Counted from the stretch's first letter, positions 12,023 through 22,558 are shown. The stretch is 64,000 bases of DNA from an uncultured Gemmataceae bacterium (GCA_963750165.1 CAVVPN010000003.1:2624001-2688000); one strand, 5' to 3'. The notes: generated by a model not told the origin, from the sequence alone. Translations and numbers: made by a program.

Positions 12023-12610
12023 TCAGCGCCCCTCGGCCGCGCCCGGACTGCGCCGCTGCCATCGGAACCCCTTCAAAAACGGCCGCGACTTGATCGTGAC
12101 GTCCCATTCCACGGCAAACCCCGCCCGCTCGAACTCCTCACGGATGAGGTGCCCAATTTCAACGCCGTGTTCGGCACTCCGGGAAAAGCTGCCGAACGCG
12201 AGCCACATCCCATCACCCCACATGGCCGCCTCCATGTCCTGGAGGTGGTAGAAACAGTAACCGATCAGGCCCGACCGCTTGCCACCCTCCTCTTTGTAGA
12301 GGCCCCACACGACATCCACACCATCCTGGATGGTGAGCCCACACCGGTGCCGGGCGAGAATCCCGCGCCCGCGGAGCGCTTCAAAAACACGATCCAACCG
12401 GTCGCAGTTCGTGACTTCAGGCCAGTCCCGCTCTGCCTCGCGTTTTTTGCGAAACTCGCGGCGAATGGCCCCGCGCAACCACGCCTCGTCTTCGCCGTCG
12501 CCATCGAACACTTCCTCGTCAATGATGGTGAAGACCTCGTCCGCGTCGTAGTATCCCGACCAGACGTAATAGCGGATCGAGTCGCGGGCCTCCTCACGCA
12601 CTTCATCCAT
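12023..12610 (-). CDS. DUF6891-like protein inserted between xseA and xseB
   Basis: WPEVTNCDRLDRVFEAL..RGI.A....G.T.QDG...GYCFYH.QD...WLAFG. Confidence 0.75.
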   Translation of the reverse strand: MDEVREEARDSIRYYVWSGYYDADEVFTIIDEEVFDGDGEDEAWLRGAIRREFRKKREAERDWPEVTNCDRLDRVFEALRGRGILARHRCGLTIQDGVDVVWGLYKEEGGKRSGLIGYCFYHLQDMEAAMWGDGMWLAFGSFSRSAEHGVEIGHLIREEFERAGFAVEWDVTIKSRPFLKGFRWQRRSPGAAEGR

Positions 12611-12629
12611 CCGCCCCTCCGCCGACGAA

Positions 12630-13847
12630 CTACGGGCTCGCCGCCTCGACCGACTCCACGCGGCTGACGATGCGCCCCCGCTCCACCACCGTCACCAACT
12701 GCTCGCCCGGCCGCACCTGCTCCGCCGAACGCACCACCGCGTTGTCCACCGCCCGCCGGGTCAGGCTGTAGCCGCGCCCCAGCACCCGCAACGGACTCAG
12801 CGTCTCCAGCTGTGCCGCCAGCGCCTCCATTCGTTGGCGCGCCCGCAACACCAGTTGGCGCGCCGCCCGTCCGCCGCGCTCCTCCAGTTCGTCGAGCCGT
12901 CGCGCCAGTTCGCGCACGCGCTCCAGAGGTTGGCGGAACACGCGCCGCTCCGCCAGTAAGCGCAACCGCTGCCGGGCCTGCCGCAACCGATTCGTCAGCA
13001 AATCGCGCATCCGCTCCGCAGTGCCGTCCAGCCCCTGCCGCAGTTCGTCGCGATCCGGCACCACCAGCTCGGCCGCTTCGCTCGGCGTCAGCGCCCGTTT
13101 GTCCGCAACCAGGTCCGCAATGGTCACGTCCGTCTCGTGACCGACCGCTGACACCACCGGGATGCGCGACTCGAAAATCGCCTGGGCGACGCCCTCGGCG
13201 TTGAACGGCCACAGATCCTCGACGCTGCCGCCGCCGCGGCCCAGCACGATCACGTCCACGTGGGCCAGGCGGTTCAACCAGCGCAGCGCCCGCGTCATCT
13301 CCTCCGCGGCGGTGTCGCCCTGGACACGCACCGGACAGACGTGAACCTCGGTCAACGGCCAACGGCGACCCAGAATTTCCAGCATATCGCGTACCGCCGC
13401 GCCGGTTGGGCTCGTGACCAGCGCCAGCCGCCGCGGAAAGCGCGGCAGTCGGCGCTTGCGCTTCGGGTCGAAGTAGCCGAGGCGAAACAGCTTCTCGCGC
13501 AGCTGCCGCAGCGCCAGCTCGACGGCGCCGATCCCTTTGGGCTCCAGCTGTTCGATCGCGAACTGGTACTTGCCCTGCGGCGGGTAGACGCTCACCCGGC
13601 CGCGGGCGATCACGGCCATGCCGTCGCGCAGCTCATAGCGCAGGCGCAGGGCGATGCCGCGGTACAGGACGGACGGCAGTTGTGCCTTCTCGTCCTTGAG
13701 CGTCAGGTACACGTGTCCCGAACTCGGCCGCGACAGGTTGGAGATTTCGCCCGTGACCCACACGTTGGCGAACCCCTCTTCGAGCAGCGCCTTGACCTCC
13801 TCGGTCAACTCGCTGACGCTCAGGATTTTCGCGGCACTATCGTTCAC
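12630..13847 (-). CDS. xseA: Exodeoxyribonuclease VII large subunit
   Basis: VWVTGEISN...SGHVYLTLKD, TSPTGAAVRD, RGGGSVEDLWPFN, SAVGHETD, TPSEAAE; start could extend to 13892. Confidence 0.96.
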   Translation of the reverse strand: MNDSAAKILSVSELTEEVKALLEEGFANVWVTGEISNLSRPSSGHVYLTLKDEKAQLPSVLYRGIALRLRYELRDGMAVIARGRVSVYPPQGKYQFAIEQLEPKGIGAVELALRQLREKLFRLGYFDPKRKRRLPRFPRRLALVTSPTGAAVRDMLEILGRRWPLTEVHVCPVRVQGDTAAEEMTRALRWLNRLAHVDVIVLGRGGGSVEDLWPFNAEGVAQAIFESRIPVVSAVGHETDVTIADLVADKRALTPSEAAELVVPDRDELRQGLDGTAERMRDLLTNRLRQARQRLRLLAERRVFRQPLERVRELARRLDELEERGGRAARQLVLRARQRMEALAAQLETLSPLRVLGRGYSLTRRAVDNAVVRSAEQVRPGEQLVTVVERGRIVSRVESVEAASP

Positions 13848-13888
13848 AAGGTTACTCCGATTTATCGTTTCGTGTCCCGATAAATCTG

Positions 13889-15506
13889 TCACGGCAACAC
13901 CCGCACCAGCACGATCGGCGCCCCTGCTCGTCGGTCAGGCGCCGCACCACTTCTGCCCGACGGCGCGGCCGCCACTGCTGCCACTCCTTCGCCTCCAGAA
14001 TACAGAACACCGGTTCACCTGACGAGGGCAAGTCCGCCGGGCTGTCCAGCCGCACCACCGGCCGGCCGTAATAGAACATGATGCCCTCATCCTTGAGTTT
14101 GAACAGGTACAGGACCAGCCCGCGCGGCACCAGTTCCGCCAGCAGTTGCCCCTTGGCGGCGGGTTCGCGGTTGGCGTTGCGCCGCGGCGTGACCGCGTGG
14201 ACGAACGCGACCTTGACGCCCAGCCACACCGCCAGCACCAGCACGAACACGGTCGCCGGCCGTGGGCCCGACACACGCCAGCGCAGCCGGCCGTCGAGCC
14301 ATGCAACCCACACCAGCGCCGCCAGCCCCGCGATGCCCGGCAGCAGCGGGAAGCTGTGCCGCGGCGTGTGCTCGCTCATCAGGCTCCAGATCAGCAGGTT
14401 CGGCCAGACCCAGCAGTGCAGCGCTTGCAGCAGCCGCCGGCCGCGCTCGTCCCAGCGGTCCGCGAAGCCGGGCCACAGCGCCAGCAGTGCCGCCAGCGAC
14501 CCGGGCAGCGCGGCCGCCCAGACGACCAGCGGGTGCAGCAGCGTTTCGCGCCACGGGTAGGGCCGCTCCGAGTACGTGGGCACGATGCGCTGCAGCGCTT
14601 CGCGGCGCACGGTGGCTTCAAACACCTCCCAGCCGGTGAGCGCGACCGCGGCGGCGGCCCACGCCAGGCACAGCGCCGCAGCCAGCGCGGCGCTAACGAG
14701 GTGCGGCGGTCGCAGCAGCAAACGCAGCTGGCCGCGGCGCCACAGCAGCGTGACGGCGGTGGCGTAGAAGAACGCGGGGGCGGTCCACTTGGTCAGGACG
14801 CCGCCGGCGACGCACGCCAGGGATGCGAGCCACCAGGGCCACTCCTGGGTCTGCCGCTTGCGGCCTGCGCGCTGATACCCTGTGAGGGCTGCACGGGTTG
14901 CAGTGCGCCAGGCCGCAAGCGGCAGACCAGCAGGGTTCCGGCGGCGTCGTTGTCCGCGGCGCCATCCAGCGCCCGCAGCAAAAACAGAATCGCGGCACTC
15001 ACCCATGCGACCTGCACCATGTCGATCTCGGCGGTGCCGGCCTTGTCCAGCCACAGCAGCGACAGCGGCAGCACCAGCGCCGCGACCAGCCCCGCCCGAC
15101 GGCCGAGTTCGCGGCCGAAGTACCAGTAGAACAGCAGCACCGTGAGCGTCGCCGCCAGCGCCGAGGGCAGCCGGGCCGTCCATGCCGTGACGCCGCCGAA
15201 CGGAGCGCTGCACAGCGCGATCAGCGCGTACATGCCCGGCGGCTTCGTGAACAGCGGTTCGCCGTACAGCGTCGGCACCACCCAGTTGCCGCTGCGCAGA
15301 AACTCCTGGGCGATGATCGCCCGCAGGCTTTCCGTGCGCCACAGTTCGCCGGCCCCGATGCCGTAAAAGAACAGCAGCCCGCACCAGGCCAGCACCACTG
15401 CCACGCAGACGGCCGGCCGGTCCAGGGCGGAGCGCGGCGCGGACGCGGACACCGTGGCGGCGAGCGCTTTCACGGGAGGGGGTGAAGGTGGCGAAAGGGT
15501 GGACAC
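13889..15506 (-). CDS. ArnT/GT83-like (PMT_2) membrane glycosyltransferase, frameshifted near 14870 and near the 3' end
   Basis: ESLRAIIAQE..SGNWVVPTLYGEP..TKPP, ARLPSALAA, many TM helices, LTKW. Confidence 0.85.
14849..14927. repeat. Intragenic palindrome inside the ArnT-like gene
   Basis: Perfect 19-bp IR GTCTGCCGCTTGCGGCCTG / CAGGCCGCAAGCGGCAGAC. Confidence 0.8.
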
Positions 15507-15681
15507 CTGCAGCCTCCTTGCCGCTGGTTTAAGGGGTGGTTCGCAAAGAACGGGGGGATTCTACCATTGGCGCGGTCGCGCAGGGAATGGCAATTTGGCA
15601 AAGGAAGGCAGAACCGCCCGGGCCGCATCACATACAATGTACCGCCAGAGTTCGCGTCCCCGTCCGTCAGGAGATCCGCCG

Positions 15682-16413
15682 ATGCCGGCCGCCGTGCCGA
15701 GTCCGTACCTGACCGCTGACGGCGCCCGCCTCCGGGCCGAGCCCGCTGCGCTGCCGTCGCTGGCCCGCGCCCTGGCCGCCGTCGCGTTCCGCACCGATCC
15801 GGCGCAGCCCGGCTTCGCCCTGGTGGACCTGGGCGACACGCTGACACCGCTCGACTTCCGCCGCCTGCTCATCGACCTCGCCGCGGCGCTCGACGCCGTG
15901 TATCGGCAGGACTTCGGCCGGCCGCTGGACTTCGTGTCGATGAGCCAGTTCGACCAGCAGGTGACCACCAAACCGCACCTCGACGGCGGCCCTGCGGAGT
16001 CGCTGCTGCTGCTCGGCTACGAACCCAGTGCGGTCGCCAGCCGGCTCGAACTGGTGGACTTCACGCGCTGTGCGCTGGATCATGGGCTGACGCCGCGGCA
16101 GTTCCTCGATGAGGTGAACCCGACGTTCGGCCCCGGCGCGGCGCTGCTGCGGCCGTACGCGGTGCCGCTGACGGCGTGGCGGCCGGGGCACTATCAGGTG
16201 CTGCTCATCAACAACAGCACGCTCGGCCTGGCCGAGCGCGACCGCGGCATGCTGGGGTTGATGCACCACGCCGTCATCGACCGGCCCGACCCGGCCCAGG
16301 CGCGGCGCGTGAACTCTTTGATGTTGACGCCGGTGCCGCCTGGCACGCCGCCGCGCTTCAGCGCCGAGCAGGTGCGCGCGTTCGTCGAACGGCTGACGCC
16401 GCTGGCCTCGTAG
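15682..16413 (+). CDS. Hypothetical protein, possible 2OG-Fe(II)/TauD-like fold
   Basis: AGGAG RBS; PHLDGG (HxD), INNS...LMHHA, RRVNS arrangement. Confidence 0.65.
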   Translation: MPAAVPSPYLTADGARLRAEPAALPSLARALAAVAFRTDPAQPGFALVDLGDTLTPLDFRRLLIDLAAALDAVYRQDFGRPLDFVSMSQFDQQVTTKPHLDGGPAESLLLLGYEPSAVASRLELVDFTRCALDHGLTPRQFLDEVNPTFGPGAALLRPYAVPLTAWRPGHYQVLLINNSTLGLAERDRGMLGLMHHAVIDRPDPAQARRVNSLMLTPVPPGTPPRFSAEQVRAFVERLTPLAS

Positions 16414-16440
16414 TACAGGCGGCCCGCCTGCACACTGTCG

Positions 16441-16782
16441 GTAGGACGGCTCTCCAGAGCCGTCGCTGCGACGTGAGACGGCTCTGGAGAGCCGTCCTAC
16501 TTCTACTGTGCGGAATGCGGGGAATGGAGAAGGTGTGGGACGGCTCTCCAGAGCCGTCGCTGCGACGTGAGACGGCTCTGGAGAGCCGTCCTACTTCTAC
16601 TGTGCGGAATGCGGGGAATGGAGAAGGTGTGGGACGGCTCTCCAGAGCCGTCGCTGCGACGTGAGACGGCTCTGGAGAGCCGTCCTACTTCTACTGTGCG
16701 GAATGCGGGGAATGGAGAAGGTGTGGGACGGCTCTCCAGAGCCGTCGCTGCGACGTGAGACGGCTCTGGAGAGCCGTCCTAC
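16441..16782. repeat. BIME-like tandem REP array (4 x 60-bp palindromic doublets, 94-bp period)
   Basis: GT(A/G)GGACGGCTCTCCAGAGCCGTC...GACGGCTCTGGAGAGCCGTCCTAC at 16441, 16535, 16629 and 16723, with identical 34-bp linkers. Confidence 0.93.
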
Positions 16783-16800
16783 GAATAGCTGGAGAGTCCC

Positions 16801-18714
16801 ATGCACGACTATCAGCCCGCCCTTTCGCTCGCCATCACCGTCGCCCGGGAGACCGGCGGCCGCCTGCGCGACGCCTTCCACGCGCCCGGCGGCCCCGTCG
16901 CGGTCGATGCGGAGGTTGAACAGCAGCTCCGCGAACGTCTGTTGCAGGGCATCCCCGGTTGGGCCTACCTGGGCGAGGAAACCGGCGCCGGCGGCACTGC
17001 GGGTGCGGAGCACTGCTGGGTGGTCGATCCGCACGACGCCACGACGCACTTCCTCAAGGGCCGCCGCGGCAGTTCGGTGTCGATCGCGCTGCTGCGCGAC
17101 GGTGAGCCGGTGCTGGGCGTCGTCTATGCTTTCGGCTACCCCGATGACGATGGCGACCTGATTGCCTGGGCGGAGGGCTGCGGCTCGCTCACGCGCAACG
17201 GCCAGCCGGTGCCGACGCCGCTGTCGGACGCGGACCTGGCCGACCCGGACACGCGCTTCCACCCCGGCATGATCGTCTATCTGACGCCCGACCTGGACGA
17301 CCGGCCGGTGCCGACGACGCGGCGTGTGGCCCCGGCGCGCTACGCCGCGCTGCCGAGCATCGCCTACCGGCTGGCGCTGGTGGCGGCCGGCGAGGGCGCG
17401 GCGACGCTGTCGCTGACGAACCCGTGCAGCTGGGATTACGCCGCGGGGCACGCCCTGGTCCGCGCCGCCGGCGGCGTGCTGGTGCAGGCGGACGGCAGCC
17501 CGGTCACCTATGGGCGCGACGGCGCCGGCGCCGTCGCTGCCGTGTTCGGCGGCGGCCCAATGGCGGTGGCGGCGCTGCGGCAGCGTGACTGGTTGACGGA
17601 GCCGACGGCCGAAATGCTGCGGCCCAGCCCCCAGGACCTGGCCCGGCCGTGGGCCGCCGAGCATCTGCTGCGGCCGACGCGCTACCGGCCGGTGCGCAAC
17701 GTGGCTGGCCGGGCGGTGCGACAGCCGGCGCTGCTGGCGCGGCGCAGGGCTGTCTGCTCGGCCAGCTGGCGGGCGACGCGCTGGGCGGCCTGGTCGAATT
17801 CAAGGGCGTGAGCAGCATCGCGGCGCTCTACCCCAATGGTTGCCGCGACCTCAAGGACGGCGGCACCTGGCGTAACCTCGCAGGGCAGCCGACCGACGAC
17901 TCGGAGCTGGCGCTGCTGCTGGCGCGGACGCTGGAGCGCGAGGGCCGGCACGACCCGGCGGCGGTGCTGGCGGCCTACGTCGATTGGGTCAATGATCCGC
18001 AGACGTTCGACGTGGGCGGCACCATCGGCCAGGCACTGCGGGCGGCGTCGCGCGCCACGACGAACGAGGACCGGCTGCGGCGCGTCGAGGCGGAGGCCAG
18101 CCGCAGCAGTCAGTCCAACGGTTCGCTGATGCGCATCAGCCCGCTGGGCATTTTCTACGCCGGCCGGCCGGACGCCGGCGCCGCGCAGGGCGCGTCGAGA
18201 GCCGGCTGACGCACGCCAACGCGGTGAGCGGCGACGCCTGTGCGGTGTTCGTCGCGGCGCTGGCGACGGCGATTGTGGGCGGCGACGCGGAGTCCAGTTA
18301 CCGCGCGGCGCTGCACGAAGCGGAGCGAGCGCAGGCACAGGCGTCGGTGCGGCAGGCGCTGCAGGACGCGGCCCAGGCGCCACCGGCGGACTACCAGTCG
18401 CAGATGGGCTGGGTGCTGATCGCGCTGCAGAATGCGTTCTACCAGCTGCTGCACGCGCCGAGCCTGGAACACGGCATTGTCGCCACGGTGATGAGCGGCG
18501 GCGACACGGACACGACCGGGGCGATTGCGGGGGCGCTGCTCGGGGCAGTGCATGGCCGCGAGGCGGTGCCGGCGCGCTGGCGGCGGGCACTGCTGTGCTG
18601 TCGGCCGCTGCGTGGCACGCCGACCGCTCATCCGCGGGCGCGCGAATACTGGCCGGTTGATGCGCTGGCGCTGGCGGAAGCGCTGCTGCGCGCGGGATGG
18701 CTGCGGTTTCATGA
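16801..18714 (+). CDS. Inositol monophosphatase - ADP-ribosylglycohydrolase fusion (about 2 frameshifts; 3' end approximate)
   Basis: GEE..WVVDPHDAT and SWDYAAG (IMPase); GDALG, QPTDDSE, SNGSLMR, GGDTDTTGAIAG (ARH) across three overlapping ORFs. Confidence 0.82.
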
Positions 18715-18740
18715 CGGCGCAACAGTGATTGGAGGTAACG

Positions 18741-19397
18741 ATGAACCGCTGGGGTGCGTTGGCGGTGGCGTTGTGCGTGGGCGGTGCAACCGTCCTGGCG
18801 GCCGGCCAGCCCGGGCCGATCATCTTCACCAGGGCCAGCGCGGGCAAGTTGCCGTCCGGCTGGAAGATCGACAAAACCGGCAAGGGCGCGGCGGGTGTCT
18901 GGAAGGTGGTGGCTGACGCCACCGCCCCGTCGAAGAAGGGCTACGTCCTGGCCCAGACCACGGCCGGCCCGAGAAAGGCTTTTAACCTTTGCGTCCTGGA
19001 AAAGAGCAACGTCAAGGATCTGGAGGCGACCGTCCACTTCAAGGCCGTCAAGGGCGACGATGACCAGGGCGGCGGCATTGTCTGGCGCTACCAGGATGCG
19101 AACAATTACTACATCGCCCGCATGAACCCGCTGGAGGACAACTATCGGTGCTACAAGGTGGTCGGCGGCGTGCGCAAGCAGCTGGCCACCAGGGAGGGCC
19201 TGAAAGTCGAGACGGGCACCTGGCACACGCTGACGATTCGCCAGATCGGCGACAGGATCGAGTGCTCCCTCGACGGCAAGAAATATCTGGAGCACACGGA
19301 CGGCGAGTTCGCCAGGGCGGGCAAGGTCGGCCTGTGGACCAAGTCGGACGCCCAAACGCACTTCGACCTCTTCACCGTCAAGAATCTGGAGAAGTAA
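18741..19397 (+). CDS. Secreted DUF1080-like (concanavalin/lectin-fold) protein
   Basis: GGAGG RBS; signal peptide; DQGGGIVWRYQDANNYY.AR.N.LEDN, GKVGLWTKSDA. Confidence 0.8.
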   Translation: MNRWGALAVALCVGGATVLAAGQPGPIIFTRASAGKLPSGWKIDKTGKGAAGVWKVVADATAPSKKGYVLAQTTAGPRKAFNLCVLEKSNVKDLEATVHFKAVKGDDDQGGGIVWRYQDANNYYIARMNPLEDNYRCYKVVGGVRKQLATREGLKVETGTWHTLTIRQIGDRIECSLDGKKYLEHTDGEFARAGKVGLWTKSDAQTHFDLFTVKNLEK

Positions 19398-19410
19398 GAT
19401 TTTTCGGTTT

Positions 19411-19456
19411 CGATTTCTCGGTTCGCGTGCGGTCAATAACGCGAACCGAGAAATCG
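19411..19456. terminator. Perfect 18-bp stem between convergent genes (bidirectional terminator or REP)
   Basis: CGATTTCTCGGTTCGCGT / ACGCGAACCGAGAAATCG. Confidence 0.55.
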
Positions 19457-19563
19457 GGAGATGATTTCGGCGGGCGCCGCGAACCGGGGGCAGCGCGTCC
19501 TTGCACGCCTTGAGAAACGCCCACCCCGCGATCCGCGGCGGCCGCCGGTAGCGCCGTACCCTT

Positions 19564-20037
19564 TCACGGCACGAAGCGCGGCAGTTGCTCACGGGTGAAG
19601 CGGTCTTGCTGGGCCTCCGTCCACATGAAGAAGTCGCGCGGCGAGCGAGCAAAGGGGTGGCTCGGGAACGTCGGCGGCCCGGGCACGGGACCTGGGCCGG
19701 CCGGCAATGCTCCCTTGGCTGGCGGCATGGCGTAGCTGGGGATCATCGGTTTGCCGTTCGGCCCGACCACCGGCACCGGCGTCTGGACGGGCTGGTTTTT
19801 CGGGCCGGGCCGGAGACCGTTGAACGGCTCCCAGGGTGGGCGGACGCAGTAGATCGGCCCGTACAGGGTGCCGTCCCAGTTGTAGTAAAAGTAGCCAGGA
19901 CCACAGGCGTCCGGCGCGGGCGGCGCGGGTGGCGGACACTGGTATTGCGGTGCATAGGAAGGGTACTGGGCCGGCGCCAGCGGGGCGGCCAGGGCCACGC
20001 AGCCGGCCGCCCACAACAGAGGCGTGAGCGCTTTCAT
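19564..20037 (-). CDS. Pro-rich secreted hypothetical protein
   Basis: GGAG RBS; signal peptide MKALTPLLWAAG; APDACGPG and FPSHPFARSPRDFFM motifs. Confidence 0.7.
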   Translation of the reverse strand: MKALTPLLWAAGCVALAAPLAPAQYPSYAPQYQCPPPAPPAPDACGPGYFYYNWDGTLYGPIYCVRPPWEPFNGLRPGPKNQPVQTPVPVVGPNGKPMIPSYAMPPAKGALPAGPGPVPGPPTFPSHPFARSPRDFFMWTEAQQDRFTREQLPRFVP

Positions 20038-20407
20038 CGGGGACTCCTTTCGGCAGGTCGCTCCGTTGCGAAGACGGCATCCGTCTTCCCCGAGAACCTT
20101 ACCCCAGGATGCTCCGCGCGGCCGGGAAAAAGATGCCGCGGTTGCGCATTTCCCCGCTGGCCTGGTGGGAAAGCACCGCCCGTGCGTGAAGCGCGGCACG
20201 CTGCCGACAACAACACAAGCCTGGGGCCCCTTGCGGAGGTCCCAGGCTTGCGACGCGAAGGGAGTCGAGCGGTGGATCGTCTCTCGTCGCGGCGGGGGGC
20301 CTTTTCTGTCGCTTGCGGCTTGGCGCTCTTCACGTGGGGCAGCCATTCCTGTCTGCCCCACGGTCAAGCGCCAGGCCGCAAGCGGCGGAAAAGACAGCCC
20401 GACTCGA

Positions 20408-20853
20408 TTAATGGCCGTAGGGGCCGTAGGGCATCGGGGCGCCGGGGCGCAGGCCGGGGCGCCGCCGAGCGGGGCGTTGGGCACCGCCCACTGCATGGTC
20501 GGGCTGACAAACACCGGCGCGAACTGGATGCGACCGGCGCCGCCGCACGGCCCGCAGCCGCCACCGCCGCCACAGGCGGCGTTGATCTGGTAGCCGTGGT
20601 TTTTGTAGTAGGCCACCCAGTCAATGTGGTCCAGCGCCCCGTAGTAGCGGCGCAGGGCGTCGTAGTAGTCGTGCCAGAAGCGCTGCAGCCGCTCTTCTTC
20701 GCAGGACAGGCCGCGGTTGCGCTGGGCGAAGATGTTCCACCACGGCTGGTAGCCGCCGTAGTTCATGCTGCCCCAGTCAGCGCGGCTGGCCTGGGCCGTT
20801 GCCACGAACATCCCCGCCACCGCGCACGCCAGCAGAATAAATCGTTTCATCAT
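20408..20853 (-). CDS. Secreted hypothetical protein (probable late frameshift)
   Basis: AGGAG RBS; signal peptide; ERLQRFWHDYYDALRRYY; alternative frame ends APMPYGPYGH* at 20408. Confidence 0.65.
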
Positions 20854-21154
20854 GGCTCCTTGGACAGATGCCCCCGGTCTCCCAGGCAGCCGGCTCAGCG
20901 GCATCACGACCGGTCGGCCGTGCCTTCGCGTGCTGATCGCTGCCGCCCAGGGCGGTTCCTTGCCGCGGCCCTCTTCCCTGCAAGGCCGCTGTTTTCAGCA
21001 CAACTAGCATCGACCGAAACCCCGCCAAACCCCGAAGAAAAAAGCTCTCCCCGAGTCCCCTTCCGCTGGGTATTTTCCCGTCGCGCGCCACAACCGCTAG
21101 CGCTTCGCCAAAGTGCCCGGCTTGCCGCCGGGGAAAAACCAGGGCGATTCGGGG

Positions 21155-22558
21155 TCAGCGGACCAGTTCGCGCTCGACGCGCTCGAGGATTTCACGGACG
21201 CGCAGCGGACGTTCGCCCAGCGTCAGCACGCCGTCATCCTGCACCCACTGCCGCACTTTCTTCTCGGCGGCGACGACGGTGCTGTGCGTGCGCTTGCCGA
21301 AGTGTTTGCCGATCTCGGTGTAGGTGGCGGCGGTGTGCTTGCGGCCCAGGAACATCGCCAGCATGCGCGGGTGCGACCACGCCCAGGCCCGCTGCTTCGA
21401 CTGCAGCGCTCCCGCTTCGAGCCGGAGCACGCCGCACACCGCCGCGTCCACGTCCGCCAGCTGCACCACGCGGACCACGTGCCGCAGCACGTCGCCCAGC
21501 GCCTCGCGCGCCAGGGCCACGTCCACGCGCTTGCCGGCGACCCGGCCGTAGTGCTGGACGCTGTGCAGCGCCCCCTCCAGCTCGCGGACGTTGCCGCGCA
21601 CCTGTTCCGCCAGGTAGCGGAGCACGTCCTCGCCCAGCGCCGGCGTGCCGCGCGCCATCCTGGCCCGCAGCAGGTCGAGGCGGGTGGCGGCGTCCGGCGG
21701 CAGCAGGCCCCAGACCGCCCCGCCGAGCAGCCGATCCGCCAGCTCCGGCATGAACTCCTCGCCCAGCCGGGGGTGACAGTCGCACGTCACCACTACCTGG
21801 ATGCCATCCGCCAGCAGCGCGTCGAAGGTGTGCAGGAACTCCTCCTGCGTCGCCTTCTTGCTCGCCAGGAAGTGCAGGTCGTCGAGCAGCAAGGCGTCGC
21901 ACTCGCGGAACTGCCGGCGGAAGGCGCTCAGCTTGCCGAGCCGCATCGCCTGCACGAAGCGGTTCGTAAAATCCTCCGCGGTCACGAAGCAGACGCGCCA
22001 CTCCGGCTGGCGCTTGCGCAGGCCAGCGTAAATGCCCTCCAGTAAGTGCGTCTTGCCGGTGCCGACCGGGCCGTGCAGCACGAGCGGGTTGGCGTCCTGG
22101 CCGGGGGACTCGACGACGCTGAGCGCCGCGGCGTGGGCGACGCGGTTGCAGGGACCGACCACGAAGTCGTGCAGGTGCCGCCAGCGCCGGCCGCGCGTTT
22201 TCGCCTTCTCTGGCCGTGGCACAGGCGTCCCGCCTGGGTGGGGTTCTTTCACAGGCGTCCCGCCTGTGCCACGAGGCACCTCGTCGCGGCGAGCCTCCTG
22301 AAACAGCTCGGGGTCGATGACGAAGCGCACGGGGCAGGGCTGGCCGAAGACATCCGCGGCCGCGAGGCGGACCACGTCGGTGAACTGTTTTTGCAGCCAG
22401 TCCTGGTAGAAATGGTTCGGCACGCCGACGACGACAGCGTCGCCGGAGCAGTCGATTTTCGTCTTGTGGAGGAACCACAGGTTGTAACGGGGTTCGCCGA
22501 TCCGCAGGGCGATAGCCTGCCCCAGGGCCGACGCCACCTCGGGCTCGCTGGTCGTCAA
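21155..22558 (-). CDS. dnaA: Chromosomal replication initiator DnaA (paralogue)
   Basis: FVVGPCN, NPL..HGPVGTGKTHLL, LLLDDLHFL..K.ATQEEF.HTF, GNVRELEGAL, domain IV HSTV. Confidence 0.92.
   Translation of the reverse strand: MTTSEPEVASALGQAIALRIGEPRYNLWFLHKTKIDCSGDAVVVGVPNHFYQDWLQKQFTDVVRLAAADVFGQPCPVRFVIDPELFQEARRDEVPRGTGGTPVKEPHPGGTPVPRPEKAKTRGRRWRHLHDFVVGPCNRVAHAAALSVVESPGQDANPLVLHGPVGTGKTHLLEGIYAGLRKRQPEWRVCFVTAEDFTNRFVQAMRLGKLSAFRRQFRECDALLLDDLHFLASKKATQEEFLHTFDALLADGIQVVVTCDCHPRLGEEFMPELADRLLGGAVWGLLPPDAATRLDLLRARMARGTPALGEDVLRYLAEQVRGNVRELEGALHSVQHYGRVAGKRVDVALAREALGDVLRHVVRVVQLADVDAAVCGVLRLEAGALQSKQRAWAWSHPRMLAMFLGRKHTAATYTEIGKHFGKRTHSTVVAAEKKVRQWVQDDGVLTLGERPLRVREILERVERELVR
22215..22273. 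repeat. In-frame REP-like doublet in the DnaA domain II linker
   Basis: 13-bp IR CGTGGCACAGGCG / CGCCTGTGCCACG; two CACAGGCGTCCCGCCTG units each encoding GGTPV. Confidence 0.75.

Noticed and set aside
16441..16782. Possible CRISPR array
   Set aside because: The intervening sequences are identical, the unit is a 60-bp REP doublet found elsewhere singly, and no cas genes are present.
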